The position numbers and the translations under genes were made by a program. Under the pieces are notes generated by a model. The model was not told where the DNA came from and searched no databases. It saw only the letters and a list, made by a program, of their open reading frames with translations. A stretch of DNA of 64,000 nt from a virus: IMG/VR virus record IMGVR_UViG_3300006037_000005, positions 32,001 through 96,000 of that record. One strand, written 5' to 3'. Below are positions 1 to 10,610 of this stretch, piece by piece. The first letter of the stretch is position 1. Every line of letters starts with the position of its first letter.

Positions 1-1164
1 GACCTCAATAGAGTTTGCCACAGGAAGAATGTCTGATAAAAATTTGTCTATATGGATTTCTTCCACTTTGTCAAATTCTGAACGTTTGTGTCTATTGTTT
101 GATGATGTCACCACACCTGCCTTGCCAAATAATCCAACTGGTTTTTCTTTTGAAGCATCAATATTGGAATGTTTAATCTCTGAAACATCTATATCGTCTA
201 TATTAGCAAATATTCTTTCAAAAGAATCTCCATAACCAAGATCTGTGATGGTTTTCTCTGCCTCCTCTATCATAGATTTTGTTACTGGTGATTTTGCTTT
301 ATTGTAGTTGGCCGGATCAACCCTTATATTGAAGTCTTTGCAAACTTTATTAAGTTCTTTACCTTCAACCAATTCTATACAAGTAGTACCTATGAGTTCA
401 TTAGCAAAACGGGCAAAAGGTGTCGATTTAAAATTGTTCCACAACCAATTACCTTGCTGATTTACAGATATTTTATTGAACTCTTTTTTGAGTTTTATTA
501 CATCTAATACTTTGTTTAGGTACATATCTCCTTTCAACAAAGATCCTTGTTGTATCAAATCTCTCACAAGTTCCAAAGTATCAAGAGGAATCCCCATTGT
601 TTTTCCGAACAACTGTCTTGTGGTGTTTAATTCACCAATGATAGATTCACAACTTTCTCTTTTGAAATTTATGAAATTGTTCGGTATGAACACATGGAAA
701 TGGTTAAAGGTATAAGAATAATCTATCTTTTTACCTTTGGCTTCCTCCTCTGTTCTATAAATTTTAAATGTTTTCTCTTTACCCAAACAATAGACACCAG
801 TATTTGTCTTATGTAGATCGATTGGAGATTCTACATAAACTGAATCTATTTCTGAATTTTTTATTCTTTCACGAACATTAATTATTGAATTTTTATATTC
901 ACAATCTGAAATATCAAAATCAAACATTGTTACGATCTCATTGTCAACTATGGCTACAATATTAGCATATCTTTCAAAGAAATGCCTATCATTGTCACAA
1001 TTGTGTACAGAATTCACTCTCCATAAAGGATGAATATCAAAAGAATTCATGTAAATTTCCCACAAATACCCCCCAGGAACATCAGTCTTAAACAGATTCC
1101 CTGTCTTTGTGAGTACGTGGAATTGCTCCTGCATTAGTCTATTTAACTCTAAAAAATTGCTCAT
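1..1164 (-). CDS. Large conserved phage hypothetical protein, truncated by the window edge
   Basis: Not in the ORF track because it runs off the window. ATG at 1164 reads MSNFLELNRLMQEQFHVLTKTGNLFKTDV...HNCDNDRHFFERYANIVAI; only the 5' part was translated by hand. Confidence 0.7.
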   Translation of the reverse strand, partial: MSNFLELNRLMQEQFHVLTKTGNLFKTDVPGGYLWEIYMNSFDIHPLWRVNSVHNCDNDRHFFERYANIVAIVDNEIVTMFDFDISDCEYKNSIINVRERIKNSEIDSVYVESPIDLHKTNTGVYCLGKEKTFKIYRTEEEAKGKKIDYSYTFNHFHVFIPNNFINFKRESCESIIGELNTTRQLFGKTMGIPLDTLELVRDLIQQGSLLKGDMYLNKVLDVIKLKKEFNKISVNQQGNWLWNNFKSTPFARFANELIGTTCIELVEGKELNKVCKDFNIRVDPANYNKAKSPVTKSMIEEAEKTITDLGYGDSFERIFANIDDIDVSEIKHSNIDASKEKPVGLFGKAGVVTSSNNRHKRSEFDKVEEIHIDKFLSDILPVANSIEV

Positions 1165-1616
1165 CTTTCATCTCTTTTTATATTTTATTTTGTTATGATT
1201 CTCTGGTTTCCAAATTTACCCCAGTGGATATTTGATGTGTACCAAACAAAGAGAAATAGGGCGAGAAGAATCTTGGTGGTTTTATAATTTTGTTATATTT
1301 TAAAATATAACAAACAGTGTCGATTATAGAGAATATAGCGTAGAATTAATTGAAAATATATCAGTTAATACATATATGTATCCATAATTCTGTGTGTGGT
1401 TTTAAAAATCTCTTCGGAGATCACAAACGAAGTGACCATTATCTTACCTTTTAGAATTTTGATCACAGAATCGTCTTGATATATTTCATCTCCTCTTAAT
1501 AATCTTTTATATTCGATAAGATAAAAGAAACCGTTCTGTTCTTTATTGAAAAATTTCGTTATGGAAGTTCTTTTGTTTTTAGATTTTATGGTTCTAGTGA
1601 TTGCTTCCATTGTTTT

Positions 1617-2477
1617 TCAAATTTTGTGTAAATTTAAAAATTCTGAACTCTTTAGCCATTTCTTATGTTCAAGACTATACACTTCTTTCTGACTTTCTAT
1701 AAGCGGTACACAATGGGTAGATATAAAAATTTGACAATCATTTGAAACAGCTTTATTTAAAACCTCTATTAATTTAAACTGATTCCTTGGTGACAGAGCC
1801 GATTCTGGTTCATCTAGAAATATTATACAGTCTTGTGCTTTCGACAAAACACCAACCGTGAAATCAACGAGGGTTTCTCCATGTGATCTAAAATGTGACA
1901 TCAAAGCATTGCCCACACCATATCCCTTTGATCCCCCACCTGGCGTTGTATAATTATCAATGCTTGTTGTTCTTGGATTCATTTTCTCTGTATCAAAATA
2001 GAAAGTGTTTATTTCCATTTTGGAGTATTCATCCTTTATCTTAACATCTAGAAATTCTTGGTGTTTTTGCAATCCTAATAACAGTGTTGATTTACCACAA
2101 CCTTGATCTCCAACAATGAGATTTATACCAGATTTTGGTTTTATCACGAATTTTTTATTGAAACATATACCTTTGGATACTGTTATTGATTCAATGTATG
2201 ATACACCAATAGAATCTTCCCTTGATAATCCAGATTCTATTCTTGATATTTTTTCGTCATAAGTTTCTTTCATAATCACAAATTTGACATTATTTTTTAA
2301 AAATTCTTCTCTTACCCATCTTGGTAAATTCTCTTTCGATCCAGATTTTATTTGGATCTGGAGTTGAGATAATGTTTTTCTATATCTAGCACAATGATCC
2401 CAAACAATTTGGTGGGCTTTTTGTGTTTTTGTCATTGGTTTATCTGACCACCATGTTCCGCAACTCGATTTACACAT
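1617..2477 (-). CDS. ABC-type ATPase (AAA_21-like)
   Basis: Walker A GDQGCGKST, signature SHGE, Walker B FLDEPES, H-loop STH. The true start may be the internal MKETYDE. Confidence 0.85.
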   Translation of the reverse strand: MCKSSCGTWWSDKPMTKTQKAHQIVWDHCARYRKTLSQLQIQIKSGSKENLPRWVREEFLKNNVKFVIMKETYDEKISRIESGLSREDSIGVSYIESITVSKGICFNKKFVIKPKSGINLIVGDQGCGKSTLLLGLQKHQEFLDVKIKDEYSKMEINTFYFDTEKMNPRTTSIDNYTTPGGGSKGYGVGNALMSHFRSHGETLVDFTVGVLSKAQDCIIFLDEPESALSPRNQFKLIEVLNKAVSNDCQIFISTHCVPLIESQKEVYSLEHKKWLKSSEFLNLHKI

Positions 2478-3315
2478 AACGTAAGCAATAATTGCACCAG
2501 ATCCATCTTCATATTGTAATAGATGAAAATCTTATTATTTCACAAGTTATTAGATTTTCATCTATTATACATTCAACCAATGCACCTATTCTGTATGGAT
2601 TGGGATTATTATTGTGTTGTGGTATTTCTATATTACCAAAAATGGGTTCTTAAATTTGGTAATTTTGTATGTTTTAGATGGTTTATTTTTGAATATAAAT
2701 TCTTCTTTCTCTTTGTCTGTCAATCCAGAAGAGACAATATCATGTATCAATTGATCAATGTGGCTTGTTTTATCTCTTGATACAACAATTAACATCTTGG
2801 TGTTACCCTCTTCTTTCATCTGATGCTCCATAATTTTGTATTAATTTTTAACAATATTATATTTTGACTTCAAGATCTTGATATCTCCATTTACATATTG
2901 GAAAATAACCATGTGTGCCATTTTGATTTTTGATATGGTTTCTAGATCAAAACAATCAATATTAACATCTTGTATTTGATTTTGTACATCTGTTAAATCA
3001 GCGGTTTCGAGTATTAAAATATCTGAATTTTTCATTTATCATGAAGATTTTTAAATTGTAATTTTTCATGATAGGATTTCCTCTTCTCGGTATTTGCCTG
3101 TCTATTGAATTTCCTTCTATAAAGTTCAATAACACTATATTTTGGTAAGACAGCTTCAACCATTGATTTTACGGCAGAACCAAGGGATCTGTGTTCTGAA
3201 TATTCTTCATTAAGCCTGTCCAAAACAGTAAATCCAAATAATCCAGACTGTTTTTTAACAATAAATCTTTTCCTTATTTTTCTTAACAATTTGACTTTCA
3301 TTTTATCTCTTGTTG

Positions 3316-3389
3316 TGGGGCTTGTAGGATTCGAACCTACCACCTACTGATTATGAGTCAGTTGCTCTAACCTAATGAGCTAAAACCCC
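3316..3389 (-). tRNA. tRNA with CAT anticodon, probably Ile2 (lysidine type), otherwise elongator Met
   Basis: GGGGTTT/AAGCCCC acceptor stem, TAGCTCA..GGTTAGAGCA D-arm, ACTGA-CTCATAA-TCAGT anticodon arm, GTAGG-TTCGAAT-CCTAC T-arm, discriminator A, no encoded CCA. Confidence 0.92.
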
Positions 3390-4694
3390 CTATTTTAAAA
3401 TGTATTTCTTGCTTGTCACATTATCTATATAATAAGCATTAAGTACAGTTTCATCAATTGAATCCAAATATGGCTTCAATTCAGCCATTGATTTGAAATC
3501 TTCTTTTATATCAGAATTTTTAGAGAACCAACCCTTCGATGGGAATTTTATGAATATTGTGTATCTCATACCCAACCCTTTTCTCGGTTTCTCCAGAATT
3601 TACCAAATTTACTATACATACAATAACACAAAAATTGTTTCTCTATTGTTATGGTATCTAAAGTTCTTATAAATATATTGAAATTATCAGCCCATGAGGC
3701 AAATCCTGCAACATTTTTGTTATTCATGATCCCTGATATATCCTCAAATCTTGGTATCCATTTTATAAGTTCTTTCTGTTCTTCAAGAACAAAGATTTTG
3801 ATTTCATCACAATCCTCTGTTAAAAAAGTACCAATGAAATTATTTGAATCATTTGATAAAGAATAACTTGTTACAATATAGACTTCATCTGACCCATTAA
3901 GCCCAATATTTATGAATTTATCACCAAGATAGTATCTTGTTTTCAGATCCTGTATTTCCTGTGCCTTTAAGCACATTTCAATATATTCTTTGTCAACAGC
4001 CATATATTTTTATCAATTTAAACAACCGAGGTTACAATTTTTGTTGTAAATATTTGATTTTAGACCAATAAAATAATGGAGTTGTGATTCTGCAGAATCA
4101 AGTATGATGGCTTTCCTTTCTTCTGATGCTTTTGTATCTGAAATTATATTTAAAATTTCATTTTCCTGTTCCTTTATTCTTGCCTCTATGAAATCGATGT
4201 CTGTTGTTGGATCGTACATTTTCTTTCCATTTTTATTGTTAAAAATTTATTTAATCTGATTTCCATTGATTCCATTTTAACACCACTGTGTTTCATTGAT
4301 ATACCACAACCATTTTGTAATTTTGTGATGGGATGAAAGACATGGGATATCATAGATTTGTGGGCTTTTACAAATCGATATAGAGTTGATTTTGTTATGG
4401 GCATATCTTTTAGGTTCAAATATCTGATTTTGTCACGTATTTCACGTATTATGAGATTCAAATATTCTTGTGGTAAATCAAGCCTAAGATTAACGATATT
4501 TGAATCCTCCTTTATACAAGGGTCAAAAATATAATAACCGTTTGATTCAGATATGATACCAACAAATTTCCTATCAATATAGCATTCTGAAGTTTTTACA
4601 AAATACTCAATATTGAATTCCACCAGAAAATCTGATAACATCTTGTTCCTATCCATTATGGTGTGTGGAATAAAAGATCTAATTCTTCTCATTT

Positions 4695-5225
4695 TTAATC
4701 AAATGATTTTATTAATCCAGTATTATCAATACCCATATTTCCATACCCTATATCTGAATCTACCCCAGCTTTACTGATGAGGCTTTGATATTCATCAAAC
4801 ATAAACAGCAGATTGCTATTAAAGTTATCATATTTTATTTTCTTTCTGTTTAAAAATAGATTGTATATTGGATCAAAATCAGGATCTTTTTCTATATCTA
4901 AAGAATCGATATATGCATCTATATCATATTTGATTTTATCTGATATTGGATTTAGATATTCTTTTATACTGTAATCATAGCCAAATAAAGTTCCACAATC
5001 TATTACTTTGGCTATACATCTGTAATCTTTGTGTATACTAATCTCGTCCATCTTTTTGAAGGAGGTTTCAAAATTCTTGTGAACTGAGATTTTGATCACT
5101 AAGCCACCATATCTATAAGCAATACCCTCAGCACCATGCCCAATCTCTATCGCACCAGAGAATTTTAACCCATCTAAAATTCTCTGGTGCGATAACTTTA
5201 TATTAGCATTATTATAATTTTTCAT
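4695..5225 (-). CDS. Protein kinase-like fold protein
   Basis: Gly-rich loop IGHGAEGIAY, VIKI lysine, catalytic-loop-like DIGYGNMG, terminal KSFD. Confidence 0.6.
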   Translation of the reverse strand: MKNYNNANIKLSHQRILDGLKFSGAIEIGHGAEGIAYRYGGLVIKISVHKNFETSFKKMDEISIHKDYRCIAKVIDCGTLFGYDYSIKEYLNPISDKIKYDIDAYIDSLDIEKDPDFDPIYNLFLNRKKIKYDNFNSNLLFMFDEYQSLISKAGVDSDIGYGNMGIDNTGLIKSFD

Positions 5226-6074
5226 CGCAATATATTTTGTTATGTACCATTTTTAGGCATTCTGATAGATAATACAAAAATTTGATTTATTCATTCTAGA
5301 TGTGAGAATACCATATTATAAATTTCCATTTAAAATAATATATTGAAAATCCACAATTCCCATAATACATACTGTACATGAGAAAAAACAGAACACTAAA
5401 AGTATCACCATGATAAGGAAATCTTTTAGTAATCTATTCATTATTATAGATCTTTGTGACATTATCATTTATCTCTATTGATCTTCTAACAAGGCTTAGT
5501 ATTGATTCTTTTGAGATTATGATATGTTTCAAAATTTGTGTGTGGTAAGAACCATTATGCTCTCTAATAATTGGCATTTTTGTTCTATTTCCATTACCAC
5601 CAATTTTATGTTTTTTCATTATTTTATATTATTTAAATCATAAGCATTCAGAATTGAGTTTTCATCGATTGAGGCATCAAGATAACTTCCTCCGTTTCCA
5701 GATTTATATATCTTGGCTTTTTTACTAGCTTGTACTAAAGCTTCTCGGGTATGTGATTTTGTGAACACAACCAAAGCCTCCTTAAAATCCTCTTTATCCA
5801 TGAGATACTCTGAATCACCTTCTTCAAAACTACATAAGATAGAGTATCTATCAAACAGTTCATCTATTGTTGGTATTTTGTCCATCTTGCTTTGCTTTAT
5901 GATATATCACAAAAATTAATATAAATATTGACAAAAATAGAAATATCATCAGAATGGGCAACCATAAAATACAATAAATGGTTGTTGTGATAATTTCTTG
6001 GATGTCATACCCACATTTGAATTCATTAAACAGAAATCCTGCTATAAATGAATATATAGCAACTATTAAAATTA

Positions 6075-7001
6075 TTAGCATAATGATTTTGCTTTTCTTG
6101 AAATACCTACAACTTTGGATTTTTCAACAAATGATTCTGAAACTGTATTATGTGTACCACCAGACCAATCACCTTTCAATAGGAATCCTCTGTTTGAAAT
6201 ACCAACAATTTCGAATTCAGAATTATTATAATCCAAATGTTTCACATAATCACCAATTTCTATCTTGCTCAATGATGACAATTCATTATATGCTGTCATC
6301 ATATTGCATACAACACCTTTGTAGAAATAGAAAATATCATCATTCTTCAACGCATCTCTCAATCCATCGATATTGTTGGCTATATATTCGATTGGTAATA
6401 TTTGTCTTTCTTTTAAATAAGATCCTAGCAATTTTTTGTCTACCAATACCAATTGTTCCTTTGGTCTTTCTAGCGGATCACCAACATGCTGAAGGGTATA
6501 TGATACTCTGTCTGAATCAGCAATTTTGAATAGACCTTGTATGTTATGGAAATCTCTGTGGTGGTTTTCACCAAATTTAACATATCTTCCAATATTATCA
6601 TCTTTGATGGAAGCTGAGCCATTTCTGTCTGTAAGTTCCGATATGGAAACAATTATTGCTCCATTACCATAGGAATTGGTTTGACTGCTCATTAAACCAT
6701 TGTTAAATCCAACTAAATTACAATCTGTGTTATTAAAAAATTTTGAAATTTTGAAATTTATACCATGTGGTACACCTATTTTTGGTTGGAAATCCTGCCA
6801 ATATATGACATTGTTATTTTCCTCAAAAACATATGACATAGACAGATAAGATTCAATGTCTATGTTTTCTTCTGTGTTATCCTCTTTCGCAATTTCTGTG
6901 GTTTGAACAGATTTCTCCTCTTGGGGAGATGATAAAGATGTAGATCCTCTCTGTATACCACCTGGATGTTTTTTATTACCACCAATTTTGTGTTTCCTCA
7001 T
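6075..7001 (-). CDS. Hypothetical protein
   Basis: 308 aa ORF; N-terminus MRKHKIGGN shared with ORF 5434..5619. Confidence 0.6.
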   Translation of the reverse strand: MRKHKIGGNKKHPGGIQRGSTSLSSPQEEKSVQTTEIAKEDNTEENIDIESYLSMSYVFEENNNVIYWQDFQPKIGVPHGINFKISKFFNNTDCNLVGFNNGLMSSQTNSYGNGAIIVSISELTDRNGSASIKDDNIGRYVKFGENHHRDFHNIQGLFKIADSDRVSYTLQHVGDPLERPKEQLVLVDKKLLGSYLKERQILPIEYIANNIDGLRDALKNDDIFYFYKGVVCNMMTAYNELSSLSKIEIGDYVKHLDYNNSEFEIVGISNRGFLLKGDWSGGTHNTVSESFVEKSKVVGISRKAKSLC

Positions 7002-7118
7002 AATTTTTATTTATCAATTTTTATCGAAATTAGAAAACTATTATATCTGGCTTCTTTATTATCCAATGAAACAAATTTATCACCAAACAGACTTTTGATG
7101 TAATAAATTTCAGATAAT

Positions 7119-7212
7119 TCCAGATTTGATCTATTGTATAATCCAGATTTGATCTATTGTATAATCCAGATTTGATCTATTGTATAATCCAGATTTGATC
7201 TATTGTATAATC
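7119..7212. repeat. Perfect tandem repeat, 4 x 23 bp (TCCAGATTTGATCTATTGTATAA)
   Basis: Units at 7119, 7142, 7165 and 7188, identical and without spacers; interrupts ORF 7200..7511. Confidence 0.95.
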
Positions 7213-8442
7213 TGAATATTATTGTAATATTCTAAAATATCTCTACTTACATATTTCAATATCTTATCTATGAATAAATTCAGAGTTTTGAGTGATTGTG
7301 GATATTCTTCGAAGATTTTTACTTCGTTGGTATCATCATCCATTTTATGGCATCCACAACAATAATGTTTGCCGTTCAATTCAAACCAACCACTGTCAAT
7401 AGAATTTTCTATAGCTGAATTCTTATCATCCCAAAAGGAATGTTCACCATCTTGGTATAATTCACCACAACGATTACATTTTACACCATAAAAAACTTCT
7501 GTTGTTACCATTATTTCATGCTTTTACCAAATGTTTCACCATTTGAAAATTTCAAGATTTTATATGCCTCATCATATGATAGTTTCAAACCACCAACAAA
7601 TACACCGAACTCATCAAAGCCAGTTATCATGTGTTCTGCTGATATGGTTTTTGATCCTCGACCTGTCGCCACTACCCATTCCCCTTTAAAAAGATTTGAA
7701 TCTGAATTTGTAAAAGGTATTGTTACTGTTGGGTTCAAAGATTCAATTTCGAAATAAAATATAGGTTTTTTAACAAAATTCGGGAATTCAATACCAATCA
7801 TATCACCATATGAAATATCCACAACAACTCCAATCTTACCCACTGTTTCATCCATGGATGAATCCCAAGATATAAAATTTTCAGATCTTTTGTGTATGAT
7901 TATGCTACTACCAACTGATATTTTATTTGAAATCAAAAATTTCTTGGTTGCTTCTTGTCTTGTCATTCTGAAATTTTATTTAGCATAATATTTATTCAAT
8001 CATTTTTAAAATTCTACACCATTCCTCGGTTTTGATTTCCATATCCTTAATATACTCTTTTTCTCTGCTGATATCTTTTATGCTTTTACAATTGGTTAAT
8101 GTGGTCCATATTATATCCAATCTATCTTTTGGTATGATAAGATTACCATCACAGTTTTGCTCACAATCATACAATTGGCGATATCTGCTATCTGACTAAA
8201 CACTTCTGAAAGATATAGAAAATGCCAAATCACAATATCTTTCAGAAGTATCGATTGTATCTTCAGAATTTTATTTTCTTCCATTTTCGATCCTGCTTAA
8301 AACATCTTTTATTTCTTTGTGCATGGGCTGTGGTTCGTCACAGCCAGATTCTATATCGGATAATCCTTGATCGAAATACTTCAAAATTAGTAATATTTCA
8401 ATTAGAAGATCTTCATCTATCTTTACACTCTTTTTTGCCATA

Positions 8443-10056
8443 TTAATCAGAATCTTTGTTTATGTATACATAACCCTCAATATCCTTTAGCATATCTAAG
8501 TCTATTGGTTGATCACCATAATATTTTTTGACAAGTTTACAGATATTTTTAATAGATCTACCTGTAATGTTTTTGAAATGTTCTGTTATCAATGGTAATT
8601 GACCATTTTTTATCTCAATATCATAATTATCCAATAAAACATTCCATAACTTTGTGAGTTCTTCATCTTTGGGAACACCATATTCAACAATTGCTGTTGC
8701 TCTTGATAAAATCGCATCATCAACCGAACTTGCTCTGTTGGTGGTCATAAACAATAGACCATTGTAATATTCAAGTGTTCTAAGAAATGTACAGACTACA
8801 GCATTTCTGTGCAGATCTTGATCTCTTGATTGTATATAAACATCGGCTTCATCAATAAGTAAGACAGCACCCCATCTTGATGCTCTTTTTAGAACTGCTT
8901 CAAGATTTTTCTCAAGATCATCTATCTTGATACCAAGCTGATCTGATTGTACTTTATATAGAGGTTTTTCCATTATTTCAGAATAGATTTCTGCAGATAA
9001 TGTTTTACCAGTACCAGGTATACCTTTACAGATGATAATAGTTCCACCTGTTTTACCAGACACAATATCTTCGAAATTATCTTTTGTGTTCAAAGTTAAT
9101 ATCTCTATTAACTTATTGATGTTTGGTGGTAAAACAAGTTTTTCTTTTAACTTTGGGTTATAGACATATTCTTCAAGAGATTCAGTGTGTATCCAAAAAT
9201 CTCTGTGTTTGCTCAAAGAAAACATATAAACAAAAGGATGAGTTGGAACTATATGATCTACATCTGTCTCAATGTCTTTATCCCAAAATACTGAATTAAC
9301 ATAATTGTTCGGTATTTTGTTTGTGATAGTATCCATATTGTTAACAAAATTCATATAAGAACCATCACCAACTGTTTTGTTTATACCACCCCATCTATCA
9401 TATTGTATTATAATTTTGGATTTATATTGTTTACCTATGGATTCAACTATATTCTTATATTTTCCATATTGATTAAAGAAAATCTTTCGGATTTCGGGGT
9501 TTTCTTTATAATAACCTTTTGATTCCAAAATTTCTGATACTGTTTTACCAGATACAATATCAGAAGAATAAAATGTGATATCAGTCTTTCTCTCCTCCAC
9601 GCAAGCAATATGTCTCAATGATATTTGAACATATGCTGGACTTTCTTTTTCCGCTGGTTTGTATATTATGCTATTTACATAATAAGGAAGTGGTATGTCT
9701 ACATCATTTATGTTTTGGATTTTATATAGATAATAGTCCAAAGAATCATTTTTAATATATTGTCTTAACGCATCTCTTAACGCATCAAGTCTTTTGGGTA
9801 CTACCTTATCTACATTTGATTTAATGGACTTCAACATTGATATCTGTTGTAATATTGAATTGAATCCAGATTCGGTAGCAACATTGGCTTTTGCCATTTC
9901 CTGCAATGCATCCATAAAATCATCATCGAGTTTATCAGAATTGATAGATACTACATTGCTATCATTGTTCCATGATATACAGCCATCTAAATATCTTGAT
10001 TGAAATCCTTTTGATTTCAATTCTTTTATAGTCTTTATTGTCAATTTTAATTCCAT
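8443..10056 (-). CDS. AAA+ ATPase
   Basis: Walker A GIPGTGKT, Walker B LLIDEAD, sensor-1 FMTTNR, Arg finger DDAILSR. Confidence 0.9.
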   Translation of the reverse strand: MELKLTIKTIKELKSKGFQSRYLDGCISWNNDSNVVSINSDKLDDDFMDALQEMAKANVATESGFNSILQQISMLKSIKSNVDKVVPKRLDALRDALRQYIKNDSLDYYLYKIQNINDVDIPLPYYVNSIIYKPAEKESPAYVQISLRHIACVEERKTDITFYSSDIVSGKTVSEILESKGYYKENPEIRKIFFNQYGKYKNIVESIGKQYKSKIIIQYDRWGGINKTVGDGSYMNFVNNMDTITNKIPNNYVNSVFWDKDIETDVDHIVPTHPFVYMFSLSKHRDFWIHTESLEEYVYNPKLKEKLVLPPNINKLIEILTLNTKDNFEDIVSGKTGGTIIICKGIPGTGKTLSAEIYSEIMEKPLYKVQSDQLGIKIDDLEKNLEAVLKRASRWGAVLLIDEADVYIQSRDQDLHRNAVVCTFLRTLEYYNGLLFMTTNRASSVDDAILSRATAIVEYGVPKDEELTKLWNVLLDNYDIEIKNGQLPLITEHFKNITGRSIKNICKLVKKYYGDQPIDLDMLKDIEGYVYINKDSD

Positions 10057-10570
10057 CTTTATTTAAATTATTCTTTTAGTTTTACAATTGAATACTGGTG
10101 CTGTATTTTTAATATTGGTCCAAACACCAGTGAATTCACCATTTCTGAAATATAATAGTTGAATTCTCGGATAATAATTTCCAGTGATATGTGTATAATA
10201 TAGTCTGCCTCTGTACATAACAATGAAACAATGGGGGATATTATTAACAGTACGAGTTGGAATATTTCTACCTACGATATATTTTTCTTTTTCATCACCG
10301 AAATTATCAAGTTTTTTATATTCTACATCCTCAAAAACCCATTTATATTTGTTGTTTCTGAACCATTTATTGAGTTCTTCTGAATATTGATTCTTCTTTA
10401 TCCTTATTGGATTGGAAAAATTGAAACTTTCTTCAGATAAGATTTCAAGGTTGTAGCTTGATTTTAAAACGAAACCGCATCGATTTTTGATGACAACACC
10501 AATGTCTGTAATGAAATATTCCACTCTGTTTTCCATAATTTTATTTTAAAATGTTCCTATAACAAGTATA

Positions 10571-10585
10571 GCAAAAACCGTGCCA
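10571..10585 (-). promoter_or_regulatory. Sigma-54 (-24/-12) promoter
   Basis: TGGCACGGTTTTTGC matches TGGCACG-N4-TTGC; intergenic, 35 nt before ATG 10536. Confidence 0.8.
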
Positions 10586-10610
10586 TATCAAAATTTGGTA
10601 TTATGACATA

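Noticed and set aside
3032-3343. Annotated N-terminus MVGSNPTSPT
   Set aside because: It is the tRNA T-arm read as protein; the real start is probably MKVKLLRK.
7119-7212. CRISPR array
   Set aside because: Units are head-to-tail with no spacers, and no cas genes are recognisable.
8443-10056. AAA+ ATPase as the sigma-54 activator
   Set aside because: No GAFTGA loop or GESGTGKE; it is a classic-clade AAA protein.
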